Counted from the first letter of the stretch, positions 15,660 through 26,301 are shown. The stretch: 64,000 nucleotides of DNA from Diplonema japonicum (GCA_964019335.1 OZ025669.1:62001-126000); one strand, 5' to 3'. Numbers and translations are program-made. Notes: generated by a model from the sequence alone, not told the origin.

Positions 15660-16142
15660 CTAAATACAGCGCACTGCTTGCAGTGCAACATCGAAGACGT
15701 CATCTGAAGCCATGTGCGCAGTATGGATGATGGTGCAGTGCTGCGTGGGTAGCTCTTCTATTGACAGCTGTGACTCAACAAGCGACGGGTTCATGAAGTG
15801 TCCCGCACGTGCTTCCATCCTAGCGCGCAAGGTGACAGCGTCGCATTGCAAGTGAACAAAGTGGTAGCAACAGCACCCCTCGACGAGGGTATCACGGTAC
15901 GTCTGCCTGAGAGCCGAGCAACTGAGAACCGCGCTGCTACACCCGCGCAACATGCGGTTGATGTGTTCCAGCCACGGTTGCCTGTCTTCATCCGTCAGCG
16001 GCATGCCACTGCTCATCTTCTGCTTGTTCGCCTCACTATGGAAGTCGTCACCTTCATAGAAGGTGCACTCCAAGGCGTCTGCTAGTCTCTTCCCAATGGT
16101 GGACTTTCCGGTCCCGCACGCACCTGTCACGATGACCAGCAT
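15660..16142 (-). CDS. Gluconokinase (GntK/IdnK family)
   Basis: GACGTGKST P-loop, EGDDFH, PLTDEDRQPWL, CSALRQTYR, RAGHFMNPSLVESQ. Confidence 0.93.
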   Translation of the reverse strand: MLVIVTGACGTGKSTIGKRLADALECTFYEGDDFHSEANKQKMSSGMPLTDEDRQPWLEHINRMLRGCSSAVLSCSALRQTYRDTLVEGCCCYHFVHLQCDAVTLRARMEARAGHFMNPSLVESQLSIEELPTQHCTIIHTAHMASDDVFDVALQAVRCI

Positions 16143-16178
16143 GTTCCTTCCCTTTCTGTGTGCAACTAAGCAATCTAT

Positions 16179-18437
16179 CTACGAGAACAACATCTCTCTA
16201 AGCTGCGGTGTGTCCACTGCGGAGCTGCCGTAGGGGAAGGGGGCATAAGGGACAAAGGGCGACGGCTCTGTTGGTTCGAGCATAAACTCATTCTCTGCAT
16301 TTGGCGGTGGTGGAGGCGGCTCGGTGTCACATTCGGTTGCCAGCCCTTGCTCCGTTCGCGCCTCGTGCTCCAAGATGGTTTCCTCTTGTCTTGAAATGGT
16401 GTCCCTGGCATTACGGAGGTGTTCTTCCAAGCTCGTGATCTTCTCTTGGAGGTGTACACCTAGCTCATAGAAGTCGAATAAATTATTCTGCTCTGCCTCA
16501 TAACCAAGACCTCTTAATAGCTCGCTGTGCAAAGCTGCCTTCGTGCTGTTCTCATCATCCTTCTCCTGCTGTGCCCCCCTTTCTCGCACGATGCCATCAA
16601 CAGTGGCGACAAAGGAGCGTGATGTAGTACATCTCTTCACAAGCTCCTCGGGGTCACTATTGCTATGCACCATCGTGCAAAGATGCCTCAGTACATCTAA
16701 GCGCTCTTTGCTTGCGTCAGATTGCAGCCTCTTGCTCGCCTTGATTGCGTCCTTCCGTACTTTGTAGTAGAAGGTCTGACAGTCAATGGGACCTAACGAC
16801 GTGAGGTGGATGACAAGTCCCATGGGCTCGCCTTTCGTGTTTCTGAAGGCATTCGTGGGATCAGGCTGAACAGACTCGACACGAAACATGTTGAAAGGGC
16901 CGAAGAGAAGCTCCTCTTCATCAGGGTACTGTGACAGCTTGCTGAGTACTTTGCCTGTTCGAGCACTAGTGATCATAAAGAAGATAGTTCCTGGGCACGC
17001 ACTGTTGGGCTTGTTTAACGAGTTAACTGCCGTTCCGCGCATGTAGTCAATGGATGCCTGCTTGTCAAATGAGGTGCTAGACAACGCAGGCCACCCCATT
17101 ACGTGCCCTTGCTTCAAATCGCGGTGTGCCTCGACGACCTGAGCAGGGAGGTGTCCTCCCCCCAGGCCCCTGTACACTTGCTGCTCCTCACCATGCTGAG
17201 CGCACACAGCGGCAACAGTGCAGATCCATTTGATCCACTTCTTGATTATGTCTTTGCTCCACGGACTCCGACTGCCGTTAGGGCCCTGGTCTCGAAGTGC
17301 GCTACACACAGGACCGAATATAGAGCCATTCCGCTTTCTGCTGTCCTCCCAGTTCCAATCTGAGTACTGAGATTCGTAATTGTCCCTCTCGTGCGAAGGG
17401 TCATCCAGCGACGGCACGTCGTCCCACATGACATCCCTGTCCACGTCAATGGGCTTCTGCGTGTACTGGCGCAACACCAACAACTCGCTGAGGATCCCTC
17501 CGTATGTGGCCACAACATCGTCCTTCTCAAGCAGTGCGTTCGAGATCACACTCAAGATACTCAACGTATCCATCGAACAGGGGAACCGCAGGTTCTCTTC
17601 CAACTCTGTCAGCACGTCACCAGGCTTCTCGTTATACCACAGTTCGATTTGCTGAGCGAACAGCACCATCTCCTCCTTTCTTGCTGACTCATAGTTATCT
17701 GTTTGCTCGTCAGCTTTTTCCACATTCCATCCCTTTGTCCCCCTCTTCACTCTTTCCTTGGCAACCCTGACAGAAGCTTCTTTAATCACCTTTTTATCAT
17801 CATTGACCTGCACTGGTCGAGTAAGCAGCATATTGTGCAAATGGATCACTTCTTCCCTGCTGTCAGCCCACAGCTCGACAAGGATGTGCCTGTACATCTG
17901 TTCGTCAGCCTCTACGTCCCGTAACTGGGTGGTGGTGGTGAAGGTTACCTTTAGTGGCTGTTTCACTTGCTTCTTTTTCACGGACTTTGGGGACCTTGTC
18001 TTCTCGGGGGGCAACGATGGTGGTGGGACGTAGGCATTCGTAGGAGGGGGTGCAAGTTTGCATTTCAAAAGAAAACACTTGCTACAATATGTGTTGCTGC
18101 ACTTCAAAGGTGAGCTTGAGCATGTGAAAACGGATGTGTTGAAGCCATGACCACAATGATCGCAATACCACTTGTTCCAGGGTGGCTTGATGTAGTACGC
18201 CAGCACCGCAGTGCACTCCCTGCAGTACGATTGGAAGTGGGTTGCGCACATTGCACCAAACGCTGACACCTGCCCCTCTTCGATAGCACTCCTTACAACC
18301 TGTTCCTCATTGCTCTGAACCGCCCTGTGCCGCGCAAGCTCTAGCTGCACGTCCTGACCACGTAAAAGCGTGATGGCCTCACCTGACCCTTCAACGCGTG
18401 TGCTGTTCGCTAGATAAGTTAGCTTCTGAGTGTTCAT
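16179..18437 (-). CDS. R-S-E type ADP-ribosyltransferase-domain protein with N-terminal Cys-rich Zn finger
   Basis: VYRG ... SSTS ... SQYPDEEELLFGP motifs; N-terminal WYCDHCG..C...CSKC. Confidence 0.75.
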   Translation of the reverse strand: MNTQKLTYLANSTRVEGSGEAITLLRGQDVQLELARHRAVQSNEEQVVRSAIEEGQVSAFGAMCATHFQSYCRECTAVLAYYIKPPWNKWYCDHCGHGFNTSVFTCSSSPLKCSNTYCSKCFLLKCKLAPPPTNAYVPPPSLPPEKTRSPKSVKKKQVKQPLKVTFTTTTQLRDVEADEQMYRHILVELWADSREEVIHLHNMLLTRPVQVNDDKKVIKEASVRVAKERVKRGTKGWNVEKADEQTDNYESARKEEMVLFAQQIELWYNEKPGDVLTELEENLRFPCSMDTLSILSVISNALLEKDDVVATYGGILSELLVLRQYTQKPIDVDRDVMWDDVPSLDDPSHERDNYESQYSDWNWEDSRKRNGSIFGPVCSALRDQGPNGSRSPWSKDIIKKWIKWICTVAAVCAQHGEEQQVYRGLGGGHLPAQVVEAHRDLKQGHVMGWPALSSTSFDKQASIDYMRGTAVNSLNKPNSACPGTIFFMITSARTGKVLSKLSQYPDEEELLFGPFNMFRVESVQPDPTNAFRNTKGEPMGLVIHLTSLGPIDCQTFYYKVRKDAIKASKRLQSDASKERLDVLRHLCTMVHSNSDPEELVKRCTTSRSFVATVDGIVRERGAQQEKDDENSTKAALHSELLRGLGYEAEQNNLFDFYELGVHLQEKITSLEEHLRNARDTISRQEETILEHEARTEQGLATECDTEPPPPPPNAENEFMLEPTEPSPFVPYAPFPYGSSAVDTPQLREMLFS

Positions 18438-18493
18438 TTTCTTAGGGTCATCTGCAGTAACGCTTTACTAGGACGATGAAATGAATAAACTAT

Positions 18494-19073
18494 ATATGAG
18501 TTAAAGGAAGTCTTTGTGAGACGCCCCCTTGTTCTCATGCTCTACCTGCACCTATCCCCCTTCAGCAGCGGTTTCTCCTTCTTCGGTGGTCGTGCCGGCC
18601 TCCTCCCCAGCTTGGCTACTTTTTCCCTTCTTTCCTTTGCCCATTGCTTCCCCAGCTCCTCCAGGTCGTACTTGGTCTTCGTTGATGCAAAGATTGCTCT
18701 TCTACTCCACCCGATCACCGCCTTCGTCCCTCCGATTGATCGCAGCGTATGTACTCTCTTGCATGGTTCAGCAGGGAAGGCCCTCCTTCCTTTCACCTTC
18801 TTCTGCAGTCTCCCTAGTTCCCATGTGTTCCACACCTTCTTCATAACCGTGTGCAGTCTCCTGGCCTTCTGTCGCACCTCTGCCAACTCCCCTAGCTTCC
18901 CTCCAAGGGATTTCTGGGTCACGTTTTCGAAATCCAGCGCCAGCTCCACCGTCGACACTGCCGTGCTTCTGTTCCCTCCATACCAGCGCAGCTGCTTGAG
19001 CCATTTCAGCACCGGTTTCGTGTACTCCTTCAGGGTGTTGCCGGTCTGCAGCCTCGCGAACTCCTCCTCTTGA
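18494..19073 (-). mobile_element. 5'-truncated non-LTR retrotransposon fragment
   Basis: Flanked by the 10-bp direct repeat AATAAACTAT (18484-18493, 19074-19083). The reading frame is open from the element edge with no start ATG (EEEFARLQ...WLKQLRW...VSTVELALDFE...stop 18542). The short 3' end forms a stem-loop that recurs at 40599. Confidence 0.75.
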
Positions 19074-19090
19074 AATAAACTATGTTTGCC

Positions 19091-20077
19091 CTAAAACTCT
19101 GCGACATTCGTCATAAATGTCTGCCTGCACGTCTCGTTCTTGAAGGACCTCACCACGTAAACAGTCGCGCACTCCGGCGAAGGGGTGTCACAACGTTTCG
19201 TCCACCCCATGGTTGGTGGGGCTGTTGTAATCTCAAGGAGGGTAGGCTCAGGGGCACTGTACAACTCGGGCCAGATGTAGTATCCAGCAGCTACACAGTC
19301 CCACAACTTGTAGTAAGTATCGTTGCGCACAGTGTTGTAGGCAGAGAGCATGAGCTCGTGGAGTGTCCGCACAGTGGTGTTTGGGGGAGACGAGTTCACT
19401 GCATTTTCCAAAGCATTGAAAAAGTACTGGTTCAGGGGTGTTTGATTGGCAATGTCCAGGGGGAACAGCATGATAGGAAAATCATTAGCAAAGGATAGGA
19501 GCTCGGCCCCCGCAAATGGGTCTGTAAAAACATTCCATTCTGCCTTCGTGTTGTTCCATGGGAACTGCAGGGGGTCAAGGTTGCCAGGGACATCAATAGC
19601 ACCCCCCATCCAGAACACGGTGCGCACTGACCTAGCTAGGGATGCGTTCTTCTTAAGGATGTTGGTGAGAGGTGTGGGTGCTGTGGTGAGGACGATCGTA
19701 ACATTAGTGTTGTGGGTGAGGTAGGCCTCGAGCCAGTCATCGCCATTGTTGTAAGGCCACGAAATATTGCTAGAAATGGGAGCAAGCTGCGGGAGGTTAA
19801 GGAAAGTGAGCGTGTCCTTCCGATACGCATAAGGGAAGGGGTTGTACATCCTTGCCCTGCTGAGGGACAGCCCGATGTTGTGCGAGAGGAGCGTGTGCAT
19901 TTTGTCGGCAGCTTCCATGCTTGCAGGCAGACAACTGTCTGCGTTCACAATAACCTCTCCATCAAACTCTTGGAACTTCGATAACAGCACACTACACGAG
20001 TAGTCATCGATACCAGCGTCTTGTATCAGCACCACGCTACTGAGACACCCACACAGGGTGACCATAAGAAGTGACAT
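19091..20077 (-). CDS. Nucleoside hydrolase (IU/IAG-NH family) with possible signal peptide
   Basis: IQDAGIDDY, WMGGA, AEWNVFTDP, PLD, LWDCVAA; hydrophobic N-terminus MSLLMVTLCGCLSS. Confidence 0.9.
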   Translation of the reverse strand: MSLLMVTLCGCLSSVVLIQDAGIDDYSCSVLLSKFQEFDGEVIVNADSCLPASMEAADKMHTLLSHNIGLSLSRARMYNPFPYAYRKDTLTFLNLPQLAPISSNISWPYNNGDDWLEAYLTHNTNVTIVLTTAPTPLTNILKKNASLARSVRTVFWMGGAIDVPGNLDPLQFPWNNTKAEWNVFTDPFAGAELLSFANDFPIMLFPLDIANQTPLNQYFFNALENAVNSSPPNTTVRTLHELMLSAYNTVRNDTYYKLWDCVAAGYYIWPELYSAPEPTLLEITTAPPTMGWTKRCDTPSPECATVYVVRSFKNETCRQTFMTNVAEF

Positions 20078-20124
20078 ATTAAATCTCTCCTGTTTGACTA
20101 AGAGCACATGCTAATCATAAATAT

Positions 20125-21901
20125 TTAACCCTTTGCCCTGTGTGTGATGCCGTAAAGCTGTCTCAGCACACTTGAAGGCCCCCAATTCCGCGGGGGGCTC
20201 CCTTCGCATGAAACGTAGAATTTCTCCCCGCACCGCCCGAGCGACGTGACCCGTGAATGCACCTAAGTGCCGTGTGGATATGTGCCATATGCATACCAAT
20301 TCCTTGGGTAGGAACTTCAACAGGGATAGTAGGAGGAACATGTCCCGCCCCGTGGCCTCTCCATCGGGGATGTCGCTCAAAGCTTCTTGGAGGTCTTCTT
20401 TCGTGTTGTAGCTGACGCCAGCTAAGGTGACAGGCACAGGTGATGGCTTTGGGTACTCGTACCGCACTATCTTCTCTGCAGAGAACGCATTGTTTATGGC
20501 GGACTCAAGGCACCACTGCGTGACACTCCCGTCGGGATGCTGACTGTTCACTACACTGTTGCTGTCTATGGCATGCACGTCATCAGCTGACGGGGACAAC
20601 ATGTGCCCGTGAGGGTGGTAGTACACTAAGTCGTGCACACCCTCCGAAGCCCTCTCTCCTAGGTTCTGCATAACTCCAAGCAGCTTAGTAGGTGTCGCAT
20701 AAGGCTTCCCACAAACGTATACACCCGAGTTCTGCCTCGCAGTCGGCGTCACCTTGCGGAATGTAAACGATATACGCCGACACCTTTTGACGAGAGCGCC
20801 CTTATAGCAGTCGTAGTTAGCAGCGCTGATGCCATGCTGCCACACGTACCTGCTGTCCTTGGTCATCACGTAGCACGACCTGCGGGGGATTGGCACCTTG
20901 CAGTGCTGAATGCCTTCAGCGTCTTTGTTAATAAAGTCGATGATGACGTCTGCTCCCACTGACACCACCGTGATCGTATCATCAAAGAGGAGGGGTCTGT
21001 CAATGTGCATCCCTATGCCTTGCCCTGGGATGTACTCATTCACAATCACTTGGTCAGGCAGTCGGTGCGCATTAACTTCCTCGGGCAGATATTTTTCCAT
21101 CTTGTCTGTCATGAAGTTCAAGAAGCTCGGCTGTTCCTTCTCTGACACAACTAGCTTTGTCCCAGTGACGTAGTCGAAGTGGTACCCGTACTGTGCTACT
21201 CTGCGTTTCATCACTTCTTCGTCCCATGCGGGTGAGTCGGGCGCGTATTCCTTCAGCAAACCTGCCTCTTCTTCTTCGGTAATGAAGTCTTCGATGAGGA
21301 CGAGCCCATCGGGCAGAGACGGCGCATCATTAGTGATGCCGCTGAGCTGTTTTCGTGCGTTGTGGTGCACGTCAGTGACATGCACCTCGCGGTCTGCAAG
21401 GGTGGTGATGCCCTGTATGTCTTCGACGGGAATGGTGTCGGGGAAGGCGGCTAAGCAGGTGTCAGAACGCAGCGAAAGCGTGATAGGGGCCATGCCACGG
21501 TGCGATAGGTCGTTGACAATGGCATAAGCACCGATGCCCCCAAGGTTGTGGAAGATAGCTTTTGTAGTCTGCTGCAGCGAGGACGCAGCAAAGTGAGGCG
21601 AGCTGACAGAAGCTACCGTGGAGTCTTCCCGCCGTGCCTTCTTGAACACTAACTTTGCAGCCTTTGTTGCATTCCAGGCCGCTTTCTTCCCGCTGACTTG
21701 CACCACAAAAAACTTTCCCCCTTCACAATAATGCCGCTCCACACCCTTGCCCTTCTTTTCTTCGACCTTAGGGTGCCTTTGCAGCAACCCGTTTAAAAAC
21801 GTCTCGTCCTTTCCTTCAATTACTTCCATTTGACTTACGTCATTGAGCCTTGTCAGTAGACTATCCAAAGAGGCAAACACCTCTTCGCCTACCTCCTGCA
21901 T
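20125..21901 (-). CDS. AlkB-family 2OG-Fe(II) dioxygenase with flanking DUF3223-like modules; one 34-nt intron (20263-20296)
   Basis: RRVAQYGYHFDY, VNEYIPGQGIGMHID, WQHGI, RISFTFR. Splicing gives the C-terminus VHSRVTSLGRCGEKFYV...AKG*. Confidence 0.85.
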
Positions 21902-22098
21902 CCTACCTGTAGTTGTTACTGTGGAACATTCAAAAACTACTAAATAGTAAAGGGCAGTGGGTATCTATACACATTTCTTTATTTTTTCTTCTCTTTTCAA
22001 AAAAAACAAAAAAAAAACAAGGCTAAAATGGCAAAGTTAATAATAATCGAGTCGAGTGTACAATGGTTTATGGGAAAGGGACTCTTTTAACAAAGGGG

Positions 22099-22179
22099 GA
22101 GGACAACAACATGGAACTATACAATATGGTGGCAGGTACACGGTAGAGGACAACAACATAGAACTATACAATATGGTGG
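22099..22179. repeat. 34-bp direct repeat x2 (period 47)
   Basis: GAGGACAACAACAT(G/A)GAACTATACAATATGGTGG at 22099-22132 and 22146-22179. Confidence 0.9.
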
Positions 22180-22189
22180 GAAAAGTGCG

Positions 22190-25100
22190 CTAGAAATTGA
22201 AGAGGTCGGCAGCGGAGGGCAGTACATATTGAGGAAGGTTCGCAGGTGCGACGTAGTCACGGAGCTCGGCTTGGGGGTCTACGCAGCGTCTTCGAGGGGG
22301 TGAGACTGACCTCTCCTTGAAGGGGCCCTTCCCAGCGAGGGAAGGCACAGGGCACGGGGACGCGCTGCGCATATTCGACACAGAGCGTGACCTGTCCCCG
22401 CTCCTCTCGGGGATAGTGGCGTGTCCATGGATGCTCGCGATCACGCTCCTCCACTCTGTGGCCAGATATGTGAGCGTGGACTGTGGGTACATCTCCGACA
22501 TCACAGCGAGAAGCGCCGTGGGATTCAATGCGTGCAGGCGTTCTGCCACTTGCAGCGCGTTCGACTGCCCTTGGATGCTGAGCAGCTCCCTCAACTTCCT
22601 CTTCATCATCATCTCCTCGATATTTGCCTTCGGGTGGTTCTTCGGTAAGTCAACGGTAGGGAGTTGCACCGACGTTGCAATGACCTTGCTTGGGGTGTGA
22701 GGGGGCGTCCTTATCCTTACGGGGCTGACTCGCTTGCCCTTTGCATCAGGCGAAGCAACGTTGTGTGGCGACCTGATATTTGGCCCGTGGTACAGGCTGG
22801 CAGACACTGTTTGGCCGGCAGGCTTGGAGTCGGAAAGCATCTGGTTGTACAGAGCAAGATCAAGCTCAGGCTGCATTTGATGCTGCTGTCGCTGCTGAAC
22901 TTGCTGTTGAATCGATTGAGGTTGCATTTGCTGCTCCTGCTGTGGCTGCTGATAGAGCACTTGAGTTGGCTGCTGTGATGCAAGCTGGTGCTGTTGCTGC
23001 TGTTGGAATTCTTGCATCTGGTTAAGCTGCTGCTGCATTTGCTGCAACTGCTGAAATTGGTGCAACTGTGCGTCCAGAGAAGGTGATGCCACCTGTGGCA
23101 GGGGCTGCTGCGGCAAGGGCTGCTGCGTCAGGGGCTGCTGCGATACAGGCTGCGAAGGCCTGTTCACTGTGGGAGTAGGTGGCACAGTGGTGTCAGCCAG
23201 AGAGTACATATCCTCACCATCACCCTCTGCGTCTTCGATGGCCTGCTTGATGTGTGACGGGATGCCACGCAGGTCATAAGCTGGTGGCGACGTGGGTAAG
23301 GGCTGCGGCATCGGACTGCTCGATTGTATTTGTAGGGCCTGCGGCTGAGGGCTAACAGATCTCGCCTTGCTGTGCATCTTTTCAAAGAGCTGGCTGGAAT
23401 GCGGAACAGGCGTGACAGCAGGAAGCGACGAGTACGGCAGCTGGCTCGCAGGTACGGGTACGCACGACCTCACTGGCGCGCTTTGCGAAACAGACCTGTG
23501 CATGGAGTGCTGAGGAGACTGCACACCCAGACCCATAGCCATTATGTTAATCGGCTCAGGGACATCATGCGCACTGGGAGAGACGGATGGCTGATTGGCG
23601 CCCATGTACAGAGAGGACTGATTCGGAGACGCTGGGCCCACTGAAACTGCAGCATCGTATTCAGCATTTGTAAGTAGCCCTGCATCGCGCAGTTTTGCAA
23701 GCTTTGAGAACGACGCCCGCTTCTCAGATAACCGTTCTGAAAACCGAATAGAGCTCCTCATGTTGTCAAGAGGCTTGTCAGGCTCGCCAAGTCCTTGAAT
23801 CGGCACCTGTAGTGGCTCATCTTGCTTTGAAACGAATGCCTCAGGCACATTTCCACCTGTTTGAAACGAAGGGAGCGACGTGGCTGTAGTGAGGAGCGAC
23901 TGCCTGTTCTCTGGGTGGTTGATCGAAGGAGGCTGTCTGATTGGTTCGTCACCTTTACTGGGGGTCATCAACGCTGCCAAAGCTGCCTCTATGTCGGGGC
24001 TGAGAGGTGACGCTGCAGGTGGCGCTTGAGCAGCAGGGATGGAGACTCGGGCAACCATTCCAGGACTTACCTCTTGCTGTACCAGTGGCTGGTATCGGGG
24101 GGGGGAAGCGATATTTTCTGACGGAATCTGTACAGGCGCAGGAGAGGCCGGCGGTTGCACAGGAGGCTGCTTGGGTGTGACTGCAAATGAAGTCGCAGCC
24201 TTTTCTCTTTGTTGAACAGGGTTAACCACGGGCAGGGTAATAATGTGGTCAGTCGGGCGGGTGAACGTGTTGTTGATCTGTGGTAGTGTTTTCTGTTTCC
24301 CAGATCGCGTTCGTACGTTTGCACTTTCCGGTGTCCACCCACCAGGCCCAACAGAAGGAAGCGAGTCCATAGACATGTTGCCGGGCTGTGTCACATCAGG
24401 GCGTGTGTCGTCTAGTTCGGAGCTTCGTGAACGGTCAGCAATCACTTCAGACATCTCAGGAGGGAGGTAACTTGCCAGCTGTACGCTCCTCCTGGACCCC
24501 CTCCTAGGTTTGTCTTCGCGTCGCGGGCGGTATGAAACCACCTCAGGCTTGTCGTCTTCCTTCTGCGGTGAGGGCACAGCAGTGGGTGCTGCAGTGGCAC
24601 CGGAGGTCGTGGACACGGGCTGGCTGACATCACGCTTATCTGCTGCGGTCTCGATGACAACCTGCTTGGCCGATTTGTATTCCTCGGGGGTGAGTAGCCC
24701 GGACTCCACAAGCTGCGCCAACCCCTGGAGCTTAGAAACAATATCAGTGTTCCCATCTAGCAGTGGAACAGGACTGGACGGTGCAGGGGCAGGAGAGGCC
24801 TTTGCTAGCCTTGAGTTGACAGAAGGGTCCACGGGCTGAGGAGAGGAGGGTGGTACGGGTGATGTTCGAAGAACGGGCCTCCTCTGGTCGTATGCACTGA
24901 GGGGCACGCGTGGTTGGGGCTCTGGTCGACTGGACAAAAACCGCTTTTTGCACACAGTGTATGCATTCCAGAAGTTGCGCAGCTTGTTCCACAGCTTCGT
25001 AGGGTCTTGGACATCACGTGGCAAAGACCCAACACCCACTCGCTCCGAGTCCTCACCAGGCGAGTGCGTCAGCCCGTCGCCAATGCTTCGCCTCTCGTCA

Positions 25101-25624
25101 GGCGAGGGTTCCGCCTCCCTAGGTGTGGCCGTTCTCTCACTAACGATTTCGTCCTCCTCACTCCCTAAACTTACACGATCTTCCTGGATACTTTCGGGCG
25201 CAGCAGAGACTGCAGCACTATCTAAGGAAAGGCCAGCCAGCGAAACTTCATCATTGTCGCAAGCAATTGCTGTATTCTTCATGCTTCGAGGTGCGGGTGC
25301 CGCATCAGCCTCTTCCCTGGCCTCGTCCCCGCCGTCGTCCCTGTCATCCTTGTCTGTACCCTCGTCATCCTTGTCGGCATCGACATTTTCATCGTCGATC
25401 TTGATGGCAATTACGTCGGAAGCTTCATCTTCAGTCAGGGGATCCTCCATCACCATGTCCTCGCCCTTACCTTCGTCGTCAGAGGCTTCGTCAACAGGGC
25501 CCTCCTTCCCGTTGTCACTCTGCTCGCTGACAAGCAAGTCGTCTAAGGCGATCTCATCGCCGTCCACCACGATCGCCGAGTTAGGGATATTCAGCCTCGA
25601 GGCATCCACGTCATCACTAGACAT
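22190..25624 (-). CDS. Large low-complexity (acidic, Pro/Ser, Gln-rich) protein with two SHOCT-like motifs
   Basis: 1144-aa ORF; KLQGLAQLVESGLLTPEEYKSAKQVVI and KLAKLRDAGLLTNAEYDAA. Confidence 0.75.
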   Translation of the reverse strand: MSSDDVDASRLNIPNSAIVVDGDEIALDDLLVSEQSDNGKEGPVDEASDDEGKGEDMVMEDPLTEDEASDVIAIKIDDENVDADKDDEGTDKDDRDDGGDEAREEADAAPAPRSMKNTAIACDNDEVSLAGLSLDSAAVSAAPESIQEDRVSLGSEEDEIVSERTATPREAEPSPDERRSIGDGLTHSPGEDSERVGVGSLPRDVQDPTKLWNKLRNFWNAYTVCKKRFLSSRPEPQPRVPLSAYDQRRPVLRTSPVPPSSPQPVDPSVNSRLAKASPAPAPSSPVPLLDGNTDIVSKLQGLAQLVESGLLTPEEYKSAKQVVIETAADKRDVSQPVSTTSGATAAPTAVPSPQKEDDKPEVVSYRPRREDKPRRGSRRSVQLASYLPPEMSEVIADRSRSSELDDTRPDVTQPGNMSMDSLPSVGPGGWTPESANVRTRSGKQKTLPQINNTFTRPTDHIITLPVVNPVQQREKAATSFAVTPKQPPVQPPASPAPVQIPSENIASPPRYQPLVQQEVSPGMVARVSIPAAQAPPAASPLSPDIEAALAALMTPSKGDEPIRQPPSINHPENRQSLLTTATSLPSFQTGGNVPEAFVSKQDEPLQVPIQGLGEPDKPLDNMRSSIRFSERLSEKRASFSKLAKLRDAGLLTNAEYDAAVSVGPASPNQSSLYMGANQPSVSPSAHDVPEPINIMAMGLGVQSPQHSMHRSVSQSAPVRSCVPVPASQLPYSSLPAVTPVPHSSQLFEKMHSKARSVSPQPQALQIQSSSPMPQPLPTSPPAYDLRGIPSHIKQAIEDAEGDGEDMYSLADTTVPPTPTVNRPSQPVSQQPLTQQPLPQQPLPQVASPSLDAQLHQFQQLQQMQQQLNQMQEFQQQQQHQLASQQPTQVLYQQPQQEQQMQPQSIQQQVQQRQQHQMQPELDLALYNQMLSDSKPAGQTVSASLYHGPNIRSPHNVASPDAKGKRVSPVRIRTPPHTPSKVIATSVQLPTVDLPKNHPKANIEEMMMKRKLRELLSIQGQSNALQVAERLHALNPTALLAVMSEMYPQSTLTYLATEWRSVIASIHGHATIPERSGDRSRSVSNMRSASPCPVPSLAGKGPFKERSVSPPRRRCVDPQAELRDYVAPANLPQYVLPSAADLFNF

Positions 25625-25689
25625 GCTTATGTTGTTAACTGTATGAAATAAGAGTTACGTTGAAATGTAAAAAAGAACAGTAAATGACA

Positions 25690-26301
25690 TTAGCTAGACA
25701 TATCCTTAGTTATTCTGGCAACATCATGCCGGAGTTCATTCACACTGTGTACGAGTTCATTCACAGTGTGTGCGAGTGTAGAGATAGAGACGCAGAGAGT
25801 AGTGATTGAGTCTTGTGACATTGGAGTAGTTTGGGCTGGGGTGACAGGCAATGCCACACATGCAGATGGTGGGGTGCGCGGTGGGTTGGGCATTCTTCGT
25901 TTACTTTTATTGCATTGGTTCTCAGGGATGCACATTTTTCTCTTTCTTTGGAGGGGTATTTCAGTTTCGCTATCACTGTCATTTATGTGTGTCAAGTCAG
26001 CCTCGTTGAACCCTTCTTCATCTTCGCTGTCGCTGTCGGTTACCTTCACGTGCTGCGTCACATACACTGTGTCTTCATCCTTGAGTATCTCGCTTGACTC
26101 GCTGTTGCTCAACAAGCTGTTCCCCAACTTAAGTCGGAGGTCAATATCTCTGTTCCCCCTTAACTTCGGCTCAAGGTCATGTACCATGCACCTCAGCAAC
26201 TTCCCAATATTCATATTATTATTTCCTTTCGTCAGCCACAACTTCTGCCTGTTGCCATCTGCCACAAGATCTATCGAAAATATCACCCGTAAGCGCTTCA
26301 T
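25690..26301 (-). CDS. Protein with coilin N-terminal-like (ubiquitin-fold) domain
   Basis: MKRLRVIF...KLWL...IGKL...LRLKLGNSLLSNSESSEILKDEDTVYV resembles the Coilin_N pattern; then an acidic stretch, KRKRK NLS-like motif and a C-terminal coiled coil. Confidence 0.55.
   Translation of the reverse strand: MKRLRVIFSIDLVADGNRQKLWLTKGNNNMNIGKLLRCMVHDLEPKLRGNRDIDLRLKLGNSLLSNSESSEILKDEDTVYVTQHVKVTDSDSEDEEGFNEADLTHINDSDSETEIPLQRKRKMCIPENQCNKSKRRMPNPPRTPPSACVALPVTPAQTTPMSQDSITTLCVSISTLAHTVNELVHSVNELRHDVARITKDMSS

Noticed and set aside
22099-22179. CRISPR-like repeat
   Set aside because: Only two copies with a 13-nt spacer, no cas genes, eukaryotic context; a simple local duplication.
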